Source: Glaucostegus cemiculus (Eukaryota). From it: a DNA stretch of 64,000 nt. The position numbers and the translations under genes are program-made. Shown here one piece after another: positions 1 to 11,770 of this stretch. The DNA lies in NCBI GenBank assembly GCA_976551045.1, contig CDPCPM010000054.1:14880001-14944000 (forward strand), read 5' to 3'. The notes below the pieces were generated by a model. It ran no database searches. It worked only from the letters and a program-made list of their open reading frames with translations, and was not told the DNA's origin. Each line of letters starts with the position of its first letter. Position 1 is the first letter of the stretch.

Positions 1-118
1 GCAGGGAATGGAGGGATATTGGATACAGGCAGACGGAATTAGTTTAATTTGGCATCATACTTAGCACAGAAACCGTGGTCCAAAGGGGCTGTTCCCGTGC
101 TGTACTGTTCTATGTTCC
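1..118 (+). mobile_element. CR1 (HER1-like) LINE 3' end fragment
   Basis: Typical elasmobranch CR1 3'UTR (gcagggaatggagggata...gtgctgtactgttctatgttc); the same motif recurs at 40845-40960. Confidence 0.75.
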
Positions 119-599
119 ACAATATAATCCTCACTCAGACTACCTGCTTGTGTTACTGTTGGAGCTTGCTGTGCACAAGCTGACTGCCGCATTTGCTAAA
201 GTAGATCCGTGACCACACTTGTACGAAGACCTGTTTGTTGGCGGTGAGGCATTTTGAAATTCTGACAGGCATTGCATAAATCCGCATACTTTCTGTCTCG
301 GCAGTGAAAAGTTGAGTCTTCACAGTATTGAGGATTGCACTGGGAGCAGGAAGTTCTCCAAGCCAGCTGCTTCATCCCTTGCACATATTCAAGACATACC
401 TCATTAAATACTAGAGCAGATCAAACATACAATGTAGCTCATCCACGTCAATGGAGTAATTACTGATAAAATGACAGGCTTCCATTAGATAATTATCTTA
501 AAGATAAACTGCATCAGGATTCTGTACATAATTTCATGCAGCCTTGTACATCCATCACTCCCCCACTCAGTGATACACCCTGCTCCCTGTAGGTAACAC

Positions 600-997
600 C
601 TCTGTCTTAAAATTCTTACCCTAGATTTCAAATCCCTCTCTGGGTCAGCAGTGCAAACCCCCTCTTACCCTCTCCTGCCCCATCGCATCATCCTAATCCC
701 CACCAATTTATCTCTGTACCCTTTCTTAACCCTCTAAGATGTTTGCACTCTTCCAGTTCTGGCATCACCTCTGTTTTTGATCACACCCTCACTGGCCCCC
801 ATTCCTTTCACTGCCAAAACTCTGGAGCTCCCTAAATTGTCTGCTTCTCTTTCCTCTTGTAAAATGTTCCATAAAACTCACCTCTTTGCCCAAGCTCTTG
901 ATCACCAGCGCTAATGACTTGATTTCAGATTTTGTTTGACTACTAATTGAGATGATTTGTTACATCAATGGTTCCTTATAAATACAAGTTATTGTTG
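600..997 (+). mobile_element. Old L2-type LINE 3' end
   Basis: Degenerate L2 terminal region (ttcaaatccctc...aaaactcacctctttg...ataaatacaagttattgttg); a similar block lies at 15575-15930. Confidence 0.6.
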
Positions 998-1902
998 ATT
1001 TTGAGTTTATTATATTTCAGTGGTGGCTGCACTTAAAAAAAAAGTACTTTATTGGCACTTTGTGAATGGTGCTGTATAAATGTGACCTCTACCCCTTTGT
1101 TTGTTGTCACCCAAGGATATCATCTAGTTCTTCCTTGCTCCAAGCTTCTTTGTGTAGAGCATCATGGACTGTATTTCCATTCTTGAAATAAGTGCAAAAG
1201 ACTGGTGTCATTTCCCTTGTATCTTCTGGATAAACCATGCTTCTCCTCTAAGCTGTGTCGCTACGGCAGCATTGTTGGTCCTTTGCACCTTACCTCATCT
1301 GTGTTATTTAGTATTTCTTGCTCTGCAACCATTCTGGTAAATAGTTATATTCTCTTTTCTAAAATACCTTCCACATCCACCTTCATCTTCCAAAAATAGG
1401 AGTGATATCAGTTTAGTTTTTAATTCATTCTGATGATGCGAGAGTCACTGACAAGGTCAAACATTGCTTATTCGCCCCTGAGAAGGTAATGGGAAGCTAC
1501 CTTTTTGAAACACTTGCAGTGATTTGATGCAATCTAGTGGTTTCTAAGGGCCGTTCGAAGTCAACCACATTGCTATGGGTTTGGAGTCATCTGTAGGCTC
1601 GACTGGTAAGGGCAGCAGGTTTTCTTCCCTAAACTGAGTGTAATGTCTAAAAGATGCACAAGTGTAATCAAACATGAAAATCTAAAAGTTGCTGTCAGTG
1701 ATCCCGTGTTTCTCCACAGTGTGCATTGTTTTATCTCCTTCTCCAGTGCAGTCCTCAGAAATCTGAGTAATTCCTCTACATTTCCAATTGATTTTTACTG
1801 CACAAAACCCTGAAATGCAGTGCAAGTATGTGTTTAAAGACATCTCATCATTATTAAACCATGCCGGCCCTATAAAGTAACTTATGTATATGTGGATAGT
1901 AG

Positions 1903-2153
1903 TTTTTAAAAATTTTATTTACAGTGCGGTAACAGGCCCTTTCGGCCCTCCGAGTCCACGCCGCCCATCTTAACCCCCCCAAATTAACCTACCCGTACGT
2001 CTTTCAGAATGTGGGAGGAAACCGGAGCACCTGGAGGAAACCCACGCAGACACGGGAGAATGTACAAACTCCTTACAGACAGCGACGGGAATCAAACCCC
2101 GATCGCTGGCGCTGTAACAGCGTTGCGCTAACCGCTACGCTATTGTGCCGCCC
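1903..2153 (-). mobile_element. Young HE1-like V-SINE with CR1-type tail
   Basis: Minus strand reads tRNA-like head, V-domain (gcgtgggtttcctccaggtgctccggtttcctcccac), CR1-like tail (gggccgaaagggcctgtt) and AT-rich end; CpGs retained; close match to 19160-19409. Confidence 0.88.
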
Positions 2154-2573
2154 TCAGATAAATACTTTACAATATAAAGTTACAAAAATTCGCATCAAGT
2201 ATATTAGCTTCTGTGTTAGAGTCATGGAGTTATACAACATGGAAACAGGCCCTTCTACTCAACTTGTCCACCCCGACCAGTTTGCCTACCTGAGCTAGTC
2301 CTATTTGATTGCATTTGGACCATAAGTGTCTTTTAGACATTGTAACTGTACCCTCATATTTGTTAATATCATATACAGTATATTCTAATAACTTTGTAAA
2401 TATGTTTTATAATTTGATTAAAATTGTTCTATTTACTTCCTGGTATGCTGACTGTTGGAATTCTTTGATATGCTTGGCTGCTAAGCCATCTTGATGATAT
2501 TACTGCCACTGGGTGTTTATATAATCTTTTGAGCTGACTCCTGACTGCAACCAATGTTGTGAAGTGGGAATGT

Positions 2574-2631
2574 CCCCAGAGGATACTCTTCACAATGATC
2601 TCAGGGTTATCGTGAGGGGTATTCTCTGAGG
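2574..2631 (+). other. Isolated 24-bp imperfect hairpin
   Basis: cagaggatactcttcacaatgatc (2577-2600) pairs with ggttatcgtgaggggtattctctg (2605-2628): 18 Watson-Crick pairs, 5 G-U, 1 mismatch, 4-nt loop. Confidence 0.7.
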
Positions 2632-4350
2632 CCAGCAGCCAGCACTGCCACTGCGGACCACAAATCCCGGCAATTGTTCAGTTCAATAATGCTTGTTTAT
2701 GCCAGATTTCTAAGTTCTAAGGAGATTGAAAATGTGTTGTCAGTTTGAGGAAACAGCAGGCATGCATTCATTTTGTAACTTAATAAGAATGTGGACAAAA
2801 ATTGTGCCTGTGTCACATTTAGAGTGATCTGTAAGGAATCATGTGATCTGGTGCATAAAATTGAACATACCTTAATATTCACCACCTTATGTGTGAGACA
2901 TACAGCTGATTGCATTCCAATGGTTTCTGCATGATTGCATGACAGAGCTATAGAGTGTGCTGTCATATCATTACACTAGCTGGAACGTTGCCACTTAATG
3001 CTGCAACAGATAATGTTAATGCCAGTTCTAATGAGTGTGGGTCATGCATTTCAATTTAACATCCCATTAAGAGGGCAAACTTCCTCATGCAGCACTCCCA
3101 ATTCTTGCTATCATTCCAGCAACCCATCGTCTTCCATTTATTATGCAAACCAATCTCAGCTTTTGTTTGCTGAACCTTTCACACATTAAAAATATTGGTT
3201 GCTTTTGTGGTATAATAACTGTCTTTCCAAAGGTATCACTTACATAAAACACAAAGCAATCATTCTCAAGATGTAGCAGCCGGAACACTGCAAAAATGCT
3301 GTTCAAGTAGGGTTGCTTTGTTCTGCATGGTCTTGAAATTTTTGAGAATAGTTGGAGCTGCAGTTTTGGCGATAGGGTGAAGGGAGGTAATTGGGAAGAG
3401 ACAACGCAAATGGACATGGAGTGGTAGAAACACGACCTTAATTTAGAATGCAAGAGGAACACTTTAAGGCACTAGCTAAGCCTTTGTGAAGTCTGAAATT
3501 GTAGTCAATGCCAGTGCGATCAATTGTCAGAGTAGCCTCATGCTTAGCGCCTTCACAAGATCTGGGTCAGCAGACACTGACTTGAACAATTGTTTAAATC
3601 TGCCACTAAGGCTATGAAAGTGACCATGTATAATAGGGTTGGCCAGGGTAACATTTCCTACAATATTTCTTTAGGCATGAATTACATTGAATGTAGATCA
3701 CATAATCAGGCCATTCAGCCCAACTGGTTCATGCTGGTAAGTATGCTCCATGCAAGCTACCTCCCATTGTTCTTCATCTCACTCTTTCTCAGCACACACT
3801 TCCATTCCTTTGTCCTTCTGGTGTTCATCCAGCTTCCCCTTAAATGTATCTCTGCTAGTTGTTTTCTATGGGAGTGAATTCCAAATTCTCACCTCTCTCC
3901 CATAAAATTACTATGGACTGTCTATTTGATTGCATTGTACCCACCCCATGGTATTGAACAACAGAACTACAGATTGCCTAAAGGTTTAATGTCCTTGCAA
4001 TCACCTGCTTCTCCCAAAGAGCCTCGGAAGCTCTTGCACCCACTGCTCTGACTCCGCAGACTTTTGACATTGGTTCTATCGATTTGAGTTGCCCTTTTAA
4101 AAGTTTAATGATCCAATGCTATTTATTGTCCACAGCTCTTTAACTTTCACCTCTTTAGAATTCTTCCATTCACATCACCAGGTCAGTACTTCCCAACATT
4201 TTTTAATGATAGTCCCGGTTGTTCGCACTCAGTGAAATATGCTTCCCTCTACCTCATCTCCCATAAGCATCCTGTGATATAATTTCCTGCTCTTTTGAAG
4301 GAGTTGGGCCTGTCTTGGACATTCACAAGGATTGCTAGCAGCTTAATGGG

Positions 4351-4680
4351 GCAGCTATAAGACCATTCAACCCATTGAGTTGATGCTAGCTCTCAGACCA
4401 TTCCCATCAGTTCCATTTCCTCACCTATTTCCTATAAATTATTCTCCCTCACCTGCCCATCTGCTGTTCTGTCATCCACCTATACTAGGGGCAACTTACA
4501 ATAGTCAATTAGCTTACCAGCATGTCCATGGGATGTGGGGGGAAACTGGAACGCCTGGAGTAAAATCACACAATCCGACAAAGAACGTGCAAACTTGACA
4601 CAGGCAGCACCCAAGGTCAGCATTGAACTGGGGTTACTGGAGCTGTGAGGCAGTAGAACTACCAGCAACACTATGGTGCC
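4351..4680 (-). mobile_element. Older HE1-like V-SINE
   Basis: Degenerate V-domain (ggatgtggggggaaactgga...gtgcaaact) and tRNA-like head ending at ctatggtgcc. Confidence 0.75.
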
Positions 4681-4870
4681 AAATGTACTTTTATTTACTT
4701 TTTCTTTTTATGTGAGTTTTACCTTAATATCAATATAGCCTTGTGACACACCTGTAGTTTTCACCTGAGGGATCACGCAGCCCAGTTTTGGGGAAACATT
4801 TTGATCCACTCCTGTCAAATATGCATCTAAAATGGAAGAATTTGGTGCTGCCAATGTTATTTATACTTGT

Positions 4871-5096
4871 GGAGACACAAGGGACTGCAGATGCTGGAAT
4901 ATGGAGCAAAAACCAAACTACTGGAGGAACTCAGTGGGTCAAGCAGCATCTGTAGAGGGAAACGGACAGTTGATGTTCTGGCTCGAGACCTTTCATCTGG
5001 ACTGATGATGGGTCTCAACCCAAAACATTGACTGTCCATTTCCCTCTACAGATGCTGCCTGACTGACTAAGTTCCTCGAGCAGTTTGTTTTTTGCT
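4871..5096. mobile_element. Penelope-like element end in tail-to-tail palindromic form
   Basis: About 90-bp inverted arms (ctggaggaactcag...cagcatctgtagaggga versus tccctctacagatgctg...agttcctcgagcag) around ctgatga-gggt-ctca-accc-aaaac. Confidence 0.8.
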
Positions 5097-5246
5097 TATT
5101 TATGGTTGTGTTTACCTAAAGCCCCACTAAACATTTTGAATTCTGGCACATTAGAAAATTGCATAATGTGAGACTCTCCATAGTAAGTTAAGGAAACAAA
5201 TAGATGAGCTGCTTGAAGATAACTAGATACGGGGAGAACTCTGGGA

Positions 5247-6802
5247 TTCATAAGAACATAAGAAATCGGAGCAGCAGTAGGCCATCTGTCCATCAAGCCT
5301 GCTCTACCATTCAATAAGATCATGGCTGATCTGGCCACGGACTCAGATCCACCTATCTGCCTTTTCCCCATAACCCTTAATTGCCCTACTACGCAAAACT
5401 CTAATTAACTGTGTCTTAACTATATTTAATGAGGTAACCTCCACTGCTTCCCTGGGCAGAGAATTCCACAGATTCACTGCTCTCTGGGAAAAGCAGTTTC
5501 TCCTCATCTCCGCCCTAGCTCTATTCCCCTGAATCTTGAGGTTATGTCCCCCAATTCTAGTCTCACCTACCAGTGGAAACAACCTTCCTGCCTCTATCTT
5601 ATCTATCCCTTTCATAATTTTATATGTTTCTATAAGATCCCCTCATTCTTCTGAATTCCAGAGAATATAGTCCCAGGCAACTCAATCTCTCTTCATAGGC
5701 TAAACCCCTCATCTCCAGAATCAACCTGATGAACCTCCTCTGCACCGCCTCCAAAGCCAGTACATTTTTCCTCAAGTAAGGAGACCAGAACTGCATGCAG
5801 TACTCCAGGTGCAGCCTCACCAGTTGCAGCATAACCTCTCTACTCTTAAGTTCAATCCCTCTAGTAATGAAAGCCAGCATTCCATTTTCCTTCCTGATAA
5901 CCTGTTGCCCCTGCCAACCAACCTTTTGCAATTCATGCACAAGCACTCCCAAGTCCCTCTGCACAACAGCATCCTGCAATTTTTCACCATTTAAATAATA
6001 ATCTGTTGTTCTACTTTTCCTTCAAAGTGGATGACCTCGCATTTTCCAACATTGCACTCCATTTGCCTGCTCTCCCAGGAGTGGGCAGAATACTCCTTGC
6101 CCACTCACTTAACCTATCTATATTTCTCTGCAGACTCTGCACAATTTGCTTTTCCACTCAATTTAGTGTCATCAGCAAACTTAGATGCACTACATTCGGT
6201 CCCCTCTTCCAAATCGTTAATGTATATTGTGAACAGTTGTGGGCCCAGCACTGACCCCTGTGGCACCCCGTTCACCATGACTGCCAACCAGAGAAACACC
6301 CATTTATCCCATCTTCTGCCTTCTGTTGGTTAACCAATCCTCTATCCATGCTAATGCATTACCCCTATCTCCATGCATCCTTATCTTGTGGATAAGTCTT
6401 TTATGTGGCACCTTATCAAACGCCTTCTGGAAATCCAAGTATACAACATCCACTTGTTCCCCTCTATCCACTGCACTCATTATATCCTCAAAGATCTCCA
6501 ATAAGTTTGTCAGACAGGACCTGCTGTTCCTGAATCCATGCTGCATCTGCCTCATGGAACTATTTCTATCCAGATGTCTCACTATTTCATCCTTAATGAT
6601 AGCTTCAAGCATTTTCCCAACCACAGATATTAAGCTAACTGGCCTATAGTTACCTGCCTTTTGCCTACATCCTTTTTTAAACAGTGGCATGACATTTGCT
6701 GTCTTCCAATCCGCTGGGACCTGCCCAGAGTCCAGAGAATTTTAGTACATTATCATAAGTGCGTTTACTATAATTTCCAACATTTCTTTCAGTACCCTGG
6801 GG
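5247..6802 (-). mobile_element. CR1 LINE, 5'-truncated, frameshifted RT and 3'UTR
   Basis: ORF pieces [41 protein letters not shown] and HLEYCMQFWSP; cataagaa tail repeat at 5248. Confidence 0.95.
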
Positions 6803-6904
6803 TGATTCTGTCAGCAATGAGTCAGTACAGACTCATTGGCCAAATGGTCTCCTGTTCTATGAATATTCATGAGCCTTCACTCCGACAAAGTTGAGCCCCT
6901 AAAT

Positions 6905-6996
6905 TGTAATGAAATGATCTGTATGGATGGCATGGAAAACAAAGATTTTCACTGTACCTTGGTACAAGTGACAATAATAAACCAATTTACCAATTA
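6905..6996 (+). mobile_element. Rex1/Babar 3' tail
   Basis: ttttcactgtaccttggtacaagtgacaataataaaccaat matches the tails of the copies at 7850-8557 and 30565-31035. Confidence 0.75.
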
Positions 6997-7559
6997 TAAT
7001 GGATTTTTCCAGTGAATTTTACTTATTCCTTTCCGTCAACAGGAATTAAATTTATTAAAAGTAAGAATTTTTTATTTGTAGAAGGTAAAATGCCAATTAT
7101 TGATTTACGTGATGTATGAAACAGAATCATACAGCACAAGTGCCCATGACACCTGGCTAGCTATTTGAAAGTTTGATCCATTTGGTCCATCTCCCCCTGA
7201 TCTTTCCCCATAGCCCTATACTTTTCCATCCTTCAAGTATAAATCTAATTCCCTTTTAGAAATTGAATCAGCCTTTCCAGACAGTGTTTTCCAGATCAGA
7301 ACAAGTCACTGTGCAAAAACGTTTCTTTTCATCTTCCCTCACACCCCACCCCCTCCACCCTTCGAATCTTGCCAATTATTTTAAATTGGTGCACTTGGGT
7401 TACCAATATTTTGTTAAATTTAATTTGATTTCCTCTGTATGAAACTGAGAGAGTTACATGAATGAAAGAGAGAACCATTTCAAGCTGAAGTATAAATAGT
7501 TTTAAAGATGATGTTTCAAACAGAAAAAAAATCATTAAAAAAAAAACATTCAGTGTTAT

Positions 7560-7690
7560 GGAGAAGAAAGGTTTAGAGGGATATGGGCCAAACGTGGGCA
7601 AGTGGGACTACCTTAGGTAGGCATTTTGGTCAGTATGGACAAGTTGGGCTAAAGGGCCTGTTTCCATGCTGTATGACTCCATGACTCTAT
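7560..7690 (+). mobile_element. CR1 3' end
   Basis: ggtttagagggatatgggcc...gggcctgtttccatgctgtatgactccatgactcta. Confidence 0.75.
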
Positions 7691-7849
7691 CCACTCTTAT
7701 TGTCTTTTATAGGAATTACTTTAATATAATAATTTAATTTTTGTTAACATTAAATCTTTTAAAATCCTAAAATTAATTTTTTAAAATATTTTTTGCTCCA
7801 AATATGGCAAAGCCTTGTTCCTCTGAGTCAGGTTTTGAGTACAGTTGGG

Positions 7850-8557
7850 AGCTTCAAGTTCCAAGGTGTAAATATCGCCAACAATTTGCCCTGCTCCAGC
7901 CACATTGATGCTAGCACCAAGAAATCACACTAGAGCATCTACTCCCTCAGAAGGCGAAGGGAATTCAACATGTCCCCGATGACCTTCACCAATTTTTACA
8001 CATGCGCCATAGAAAGAATCCTGTCTGGATGCATCGCAGCTTGGTATGGCAGCTGCTCTGTACAAGACCTCAAGAAATTGCAGAGATTTGCAAATGCAGT
8101 GCAGTCCATCACGCAAACCAGCCTCCCCTCCACTGACTATATCGACACTTCCTGCTGCCTCAGGAAAGCCACCAACATAATTAAGGACTCCTCCCACCCC
8201 AGTCATTCTCACTTCTCCCCCTTCCCATTGGGCAGAGCGCAGAAGATACAAATGCTTACAGATCTACCACCAGGCTCAAGGACAGCTTGTATCCTGCTGT
8301 TACAAGATTCTGGAATGGACCTCTTATACGATAAGAATGAACTCTTGATCTCTCAATCTACCCTTGCATTTTATTTGTCTCTCTGCACTGCAGTTTCTCT
8401 GTAGCTGTAACATTATAGTCTACATTTGGTTTTTTTTATCTTCCTTTTGTACTCCCTCAATATACTTATGTATGGAATGACCTGTCTGAATGGCACACAA
8501 ACAAAAGCTTTTCACTGTATCTCAGTACATGTGACATTAACAAGCCAGTTACCAATT
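7850..8557 (+). mobile_element. Rex1/Babar LINE 3' part (RT C-terminal, DUF1891-like region)
   Basis: ORF 7970-8404 TNFYTCAIERILSGCIAAWYGSC...LQR...IIKDSSHPSH, followed by the Rex1 tail. Confidence 0.9.
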
Positions 8558-8639
8558 AGACTAGCTACTTGAGCACCAAGTACCCAGCCTGATACTCCAG
8601 TACATTATTGCTGTTCTGACAGGGTGCCGCATCACATTT

Positions 8640-8900
8640 TCTTATGGCACAGAAGGAGGTCATTGAGTCTGTGACAGTTCCCTGAGCATTCCCACCTCCC
8701 ACAATCCCCCACGCATTCCCCATAACCTATCTCCCTGTACACAAGAGGTATTGTACAGGAGCCAGGTAACCTACCATCCAGCACTTTGAGTTGTGAGAGG
8801 AAAATGGAGCAAATGAGTCATGTGGATGCAGGGAGAACATGCAAACTCCACACAGGCAGCATCAGAGGTCAGGATCAAACCCAAGGTGCTGGAGCTGGAT
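8640..8900 (-). mobile_element. Old HE1-like V-SINE
   Basis: gggagaacatgcaaactccacacaggcagcatcagaggtcaggatcaaaccc. Confidence 0.65.
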
Positions 8901-10369
8901 GGCAGCTGCACTACCTGCTCCATCAGTTAAGATGTGAAAAGGAGACCTTGTCTGCCCTCTCAGCTGGACATGCACAGCCCAATAAATAATATTTTGAAGG
9001 TAGAACTCTCCTGGTATCCTAGCCTATAGTTAGCACTCAGCAAAATCATTGAAACAATGAATTATGCTAGCAGTGTTTGTAAGACATAGCTGCTTGCAAA
9101 TTGGCTGTTATATTTCCAAAATTACAGCAATGACTCCACTTCAAAAGAGTTTCATTGGCTGTCAAGCACTTTGACGTGCCCTGAAGTGCTCCATATAAGC
9201 ACCACAAGACAAAAGTAACATATTGAGGATTCTGGAAATAATCGACAAATGTTGGAAATTCTCAGCAGCTCAGACAGCATCTGTGGAGAGAGAAACACAA
9301 TTAAAATTTCAGTGAACTTCCACCTGGTCTTTCTTTTGGATATATTTGGCAGAAGATTTTTTTTCTCTGCATGGGACTCAAGAAAATATATTTTATAAAT
9401 TGCCTTTTGTAAACCTAGGAAATAATATACCCATGTTGCAGAAGTTTAGTGAATATCATTAGCCAAATATCACCAGAATTATGAATACCTATTTCAAATG
9501 TGATACTCAGCATCACTAGCCGATCCATGAATGTGCACAACAATTGACTTAAGAGGCATATGCAGTAGATCTACTACAACTGTTTAAATTAGGAGGAAAA
9601 TGCAAATTCACTGTAATTATACCAAAGATACGATAGCACCATAACTACCAAGTTGTAGTTTGCTGCTTCAGAAAGAGAAAAAAGACATTTATTTTTAATT
9701 GTGACATTCAAAATGGTGTAAGTAGCCATTTTCCTTGCCCCACCTTTTCCTTCTCACCTGGAAAGTTCAGAATCTTCCTCTACCATCTGCATTATGTTGT
9801 CATTTCAAAAACAACCATCTTTTGTCATCATTCCAAAAACACCTCCTCAAGTGACTGTTTTTCTCAGTAAATGAATTTCTATTGCAACATCTCAAAGCCT
9901 ACATGCTCTGTCAATCTTGCACATCTAAACCAATAAAGACTTCAGTCCATCCGTGGAAGCTTCCAGCAGAGCTAGAAGGTTAAAGGGAGTTTAAACAAAG
10001 CTGTTCAAAATCAAAAGAGATTTTTGTTTCTGCTGCTACTAGAGTAGGACAGATTTACAATAGCTTACAATAGAACTGTATGGGGGTTCAGGAAGTGAGG
10101 AGATGTTTTTTTTACACAGCATTGGTATGGTCTGGGCGTGCGCTGCTTGATTGGGCAGTGGGAGCAGATTCAATCATCACTTACAAGAGGGAATTGGATA
10201 AATAATTATTAAGGAAAATAAATACTTGTCTCTGGGAGACAGACTAGGATTAGGACTAATTGGATTTTGCTTTTGTAGAGTCGTCACAGTCACTATGGAC
10301 TAAAAAGCCTCCTTTAGGGCTACATTTTGTAGGATTTAACACCTCTGTTGCTGTCTGGTGCAGTAACAC

Positions 10370-10695
10370 AGAAGATGTACCACTGTATTTAGGTTTCCAG
10401 AGGCCCTAAGACGTGAGTTCAAACCCCACTATGGCAGCTGGGAATTCAGTTCCATTAAATAAGGAAAGAGAAAGGGATCAGTGATGGTGAGCAAAAACTG
10501 CTGGATTGTTATTAAAAACCTGGTTTGAAAATGCCCCTTGGGCAAGAAAATCTGCTACGTGGCCTGTCTACAGGTCCACAGCAAGATGTTGGACTCCTAA
10601 TTGCCTTCCAGCAGATTTCGCAAGCAAGGACAATTAGGGAATGGGCAATAAATGCTGGCCTTGCCTCCTAAACCCACATCCTGTGAGTGAATAAA
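10370..10695 (+). mobile_element. tRNA-derived SINE sharing its tail with the older LINE at 54230 and 59700
   Basis: B-box-like gagttcaaacccc; tail caattagggaatgggcaataaatgctggccttgcc...cccacatcctgtgagtgaataaa; a second copy lies at 52100-52435. Confidence 0.6.
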
Positions 10696-11002
10696 GCAAA
10701 ACTCTTCTGAAAGTTGGGTGCCCAATCTGTGGTTCCCCCATTGATTTGGAAGCATTTTGCTTATCCCACTCCCCAGATTGTTCTTCATATCCCTGGAAGA
10801 TTTTTCCCTCCAAATACTCATCCAGCACTCTGTTGAAATTTCCTGTTGAATCCACTTCCTCCATTTTGCAGCAACTCACAGGGTATAAGTATTCTCCTCA
10901 TTCCCTCCGTCTATTCTTTTACCTTAGGTCAGTATTCTCTGGTTACCGACCAGCTTGCCAGTGGAAACAGTTTTTCTCTATTGGGAGAAAATCAAAAAAA
11001 AA

Positions 11003-11182
11003 TACCACAGATGCTGGAAATCTAAAATAAAAGCAGAACATGTTGGAAACACCAAGCAGGTCAGGCAGCATCTGAGGGAAGTAAAACAGAGTTAATGTTT
11101 CAGGTTGAAAACCCTTCGTCAAAACTTCGCAGAGATGTGGCCAGACCTGCTGAGTATTTCCAGCATATTTTGTTTTTATTTT
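11003..11182. mobile_element. Penelope-like end, partial palindrome
   Basis: cagatgctggaaatct...gcaggtcaggcagcatct and inverted gacctgctgagtatttccagca; minus-strand ttgacga-agggttttcaacct-gaaac at 11097-11122. Confidence 0.7.
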
Positions 11183-11611
11183 CACTATTGACGGTTAAGA
11201 GTTCACCATATCCACTGAGTCTGTGCCATTCTGCAACAGTCCTAGTGGTGCTAGCAATCACATTAACACTTATGCAGCAAACTCAGCCCCAGCATTGATT
11301 TTAATGGCCCAATGCCATGATAATTAACTCCTTAGCTTTATTGATAAGAGTGTTCATGGAACAAACCATGGCCATAATAACAGCAAAAGGCTATTTGGCT
11401 CCTCAAGCCTGTTTTGCTAGATTGTGGCTGACTTGATCTTATTTCTGTCTAACTCACCATTATTTTTAATTCCCTAAAGAGAAATCAATCTCAATTTCTA
11501 AATTTCCAGTTGACTCACCATCTTGTCCCAGTCTCAACCCCTGGAAGGAGGCAATTCTATATTTCCATTCCCACTTATGTGAGCAAACTCTCCATGACAT
11601 GATCCCTGAAA

Positions 11612-11770
11612 TAACAAACAATCTGTTAGAGGAACTCAGCAGGTCACGTGGCACCTGATGCAGGGTTTCGGCCCAAAATGTTGACAATTCGTTTCCACTC
11701 ACAGATGCTGTTCGACCCGCTGAGTTCCTCCAGCAGATTGTTGGTCATCTGTGGTCTCTCGTGTCTCCAT
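11612..11770. mobile_element. Penelope-like palindrome inserted in an old CR1 3' end (about 11380-11900, minus)
   Basis: aacaaacaatctgttagaggaactcagc...gctgagttcctccagcagattgtt; CR1-like sequence resumes on both sides. Confidence 0.7.

Noticed and set aside
2080-2153. tRNA gene
   Set aside because: It is the tRNA-derived head of a V-SINE, continuous with the V-domain and tail.
7970-8404. ALKBH8-like or DUF1891 host gene (also 62329-62742)
   Set aside because: This is the Rex1/Babar C-terminal region followed by the Rex1 tail, present in several decayed copies.
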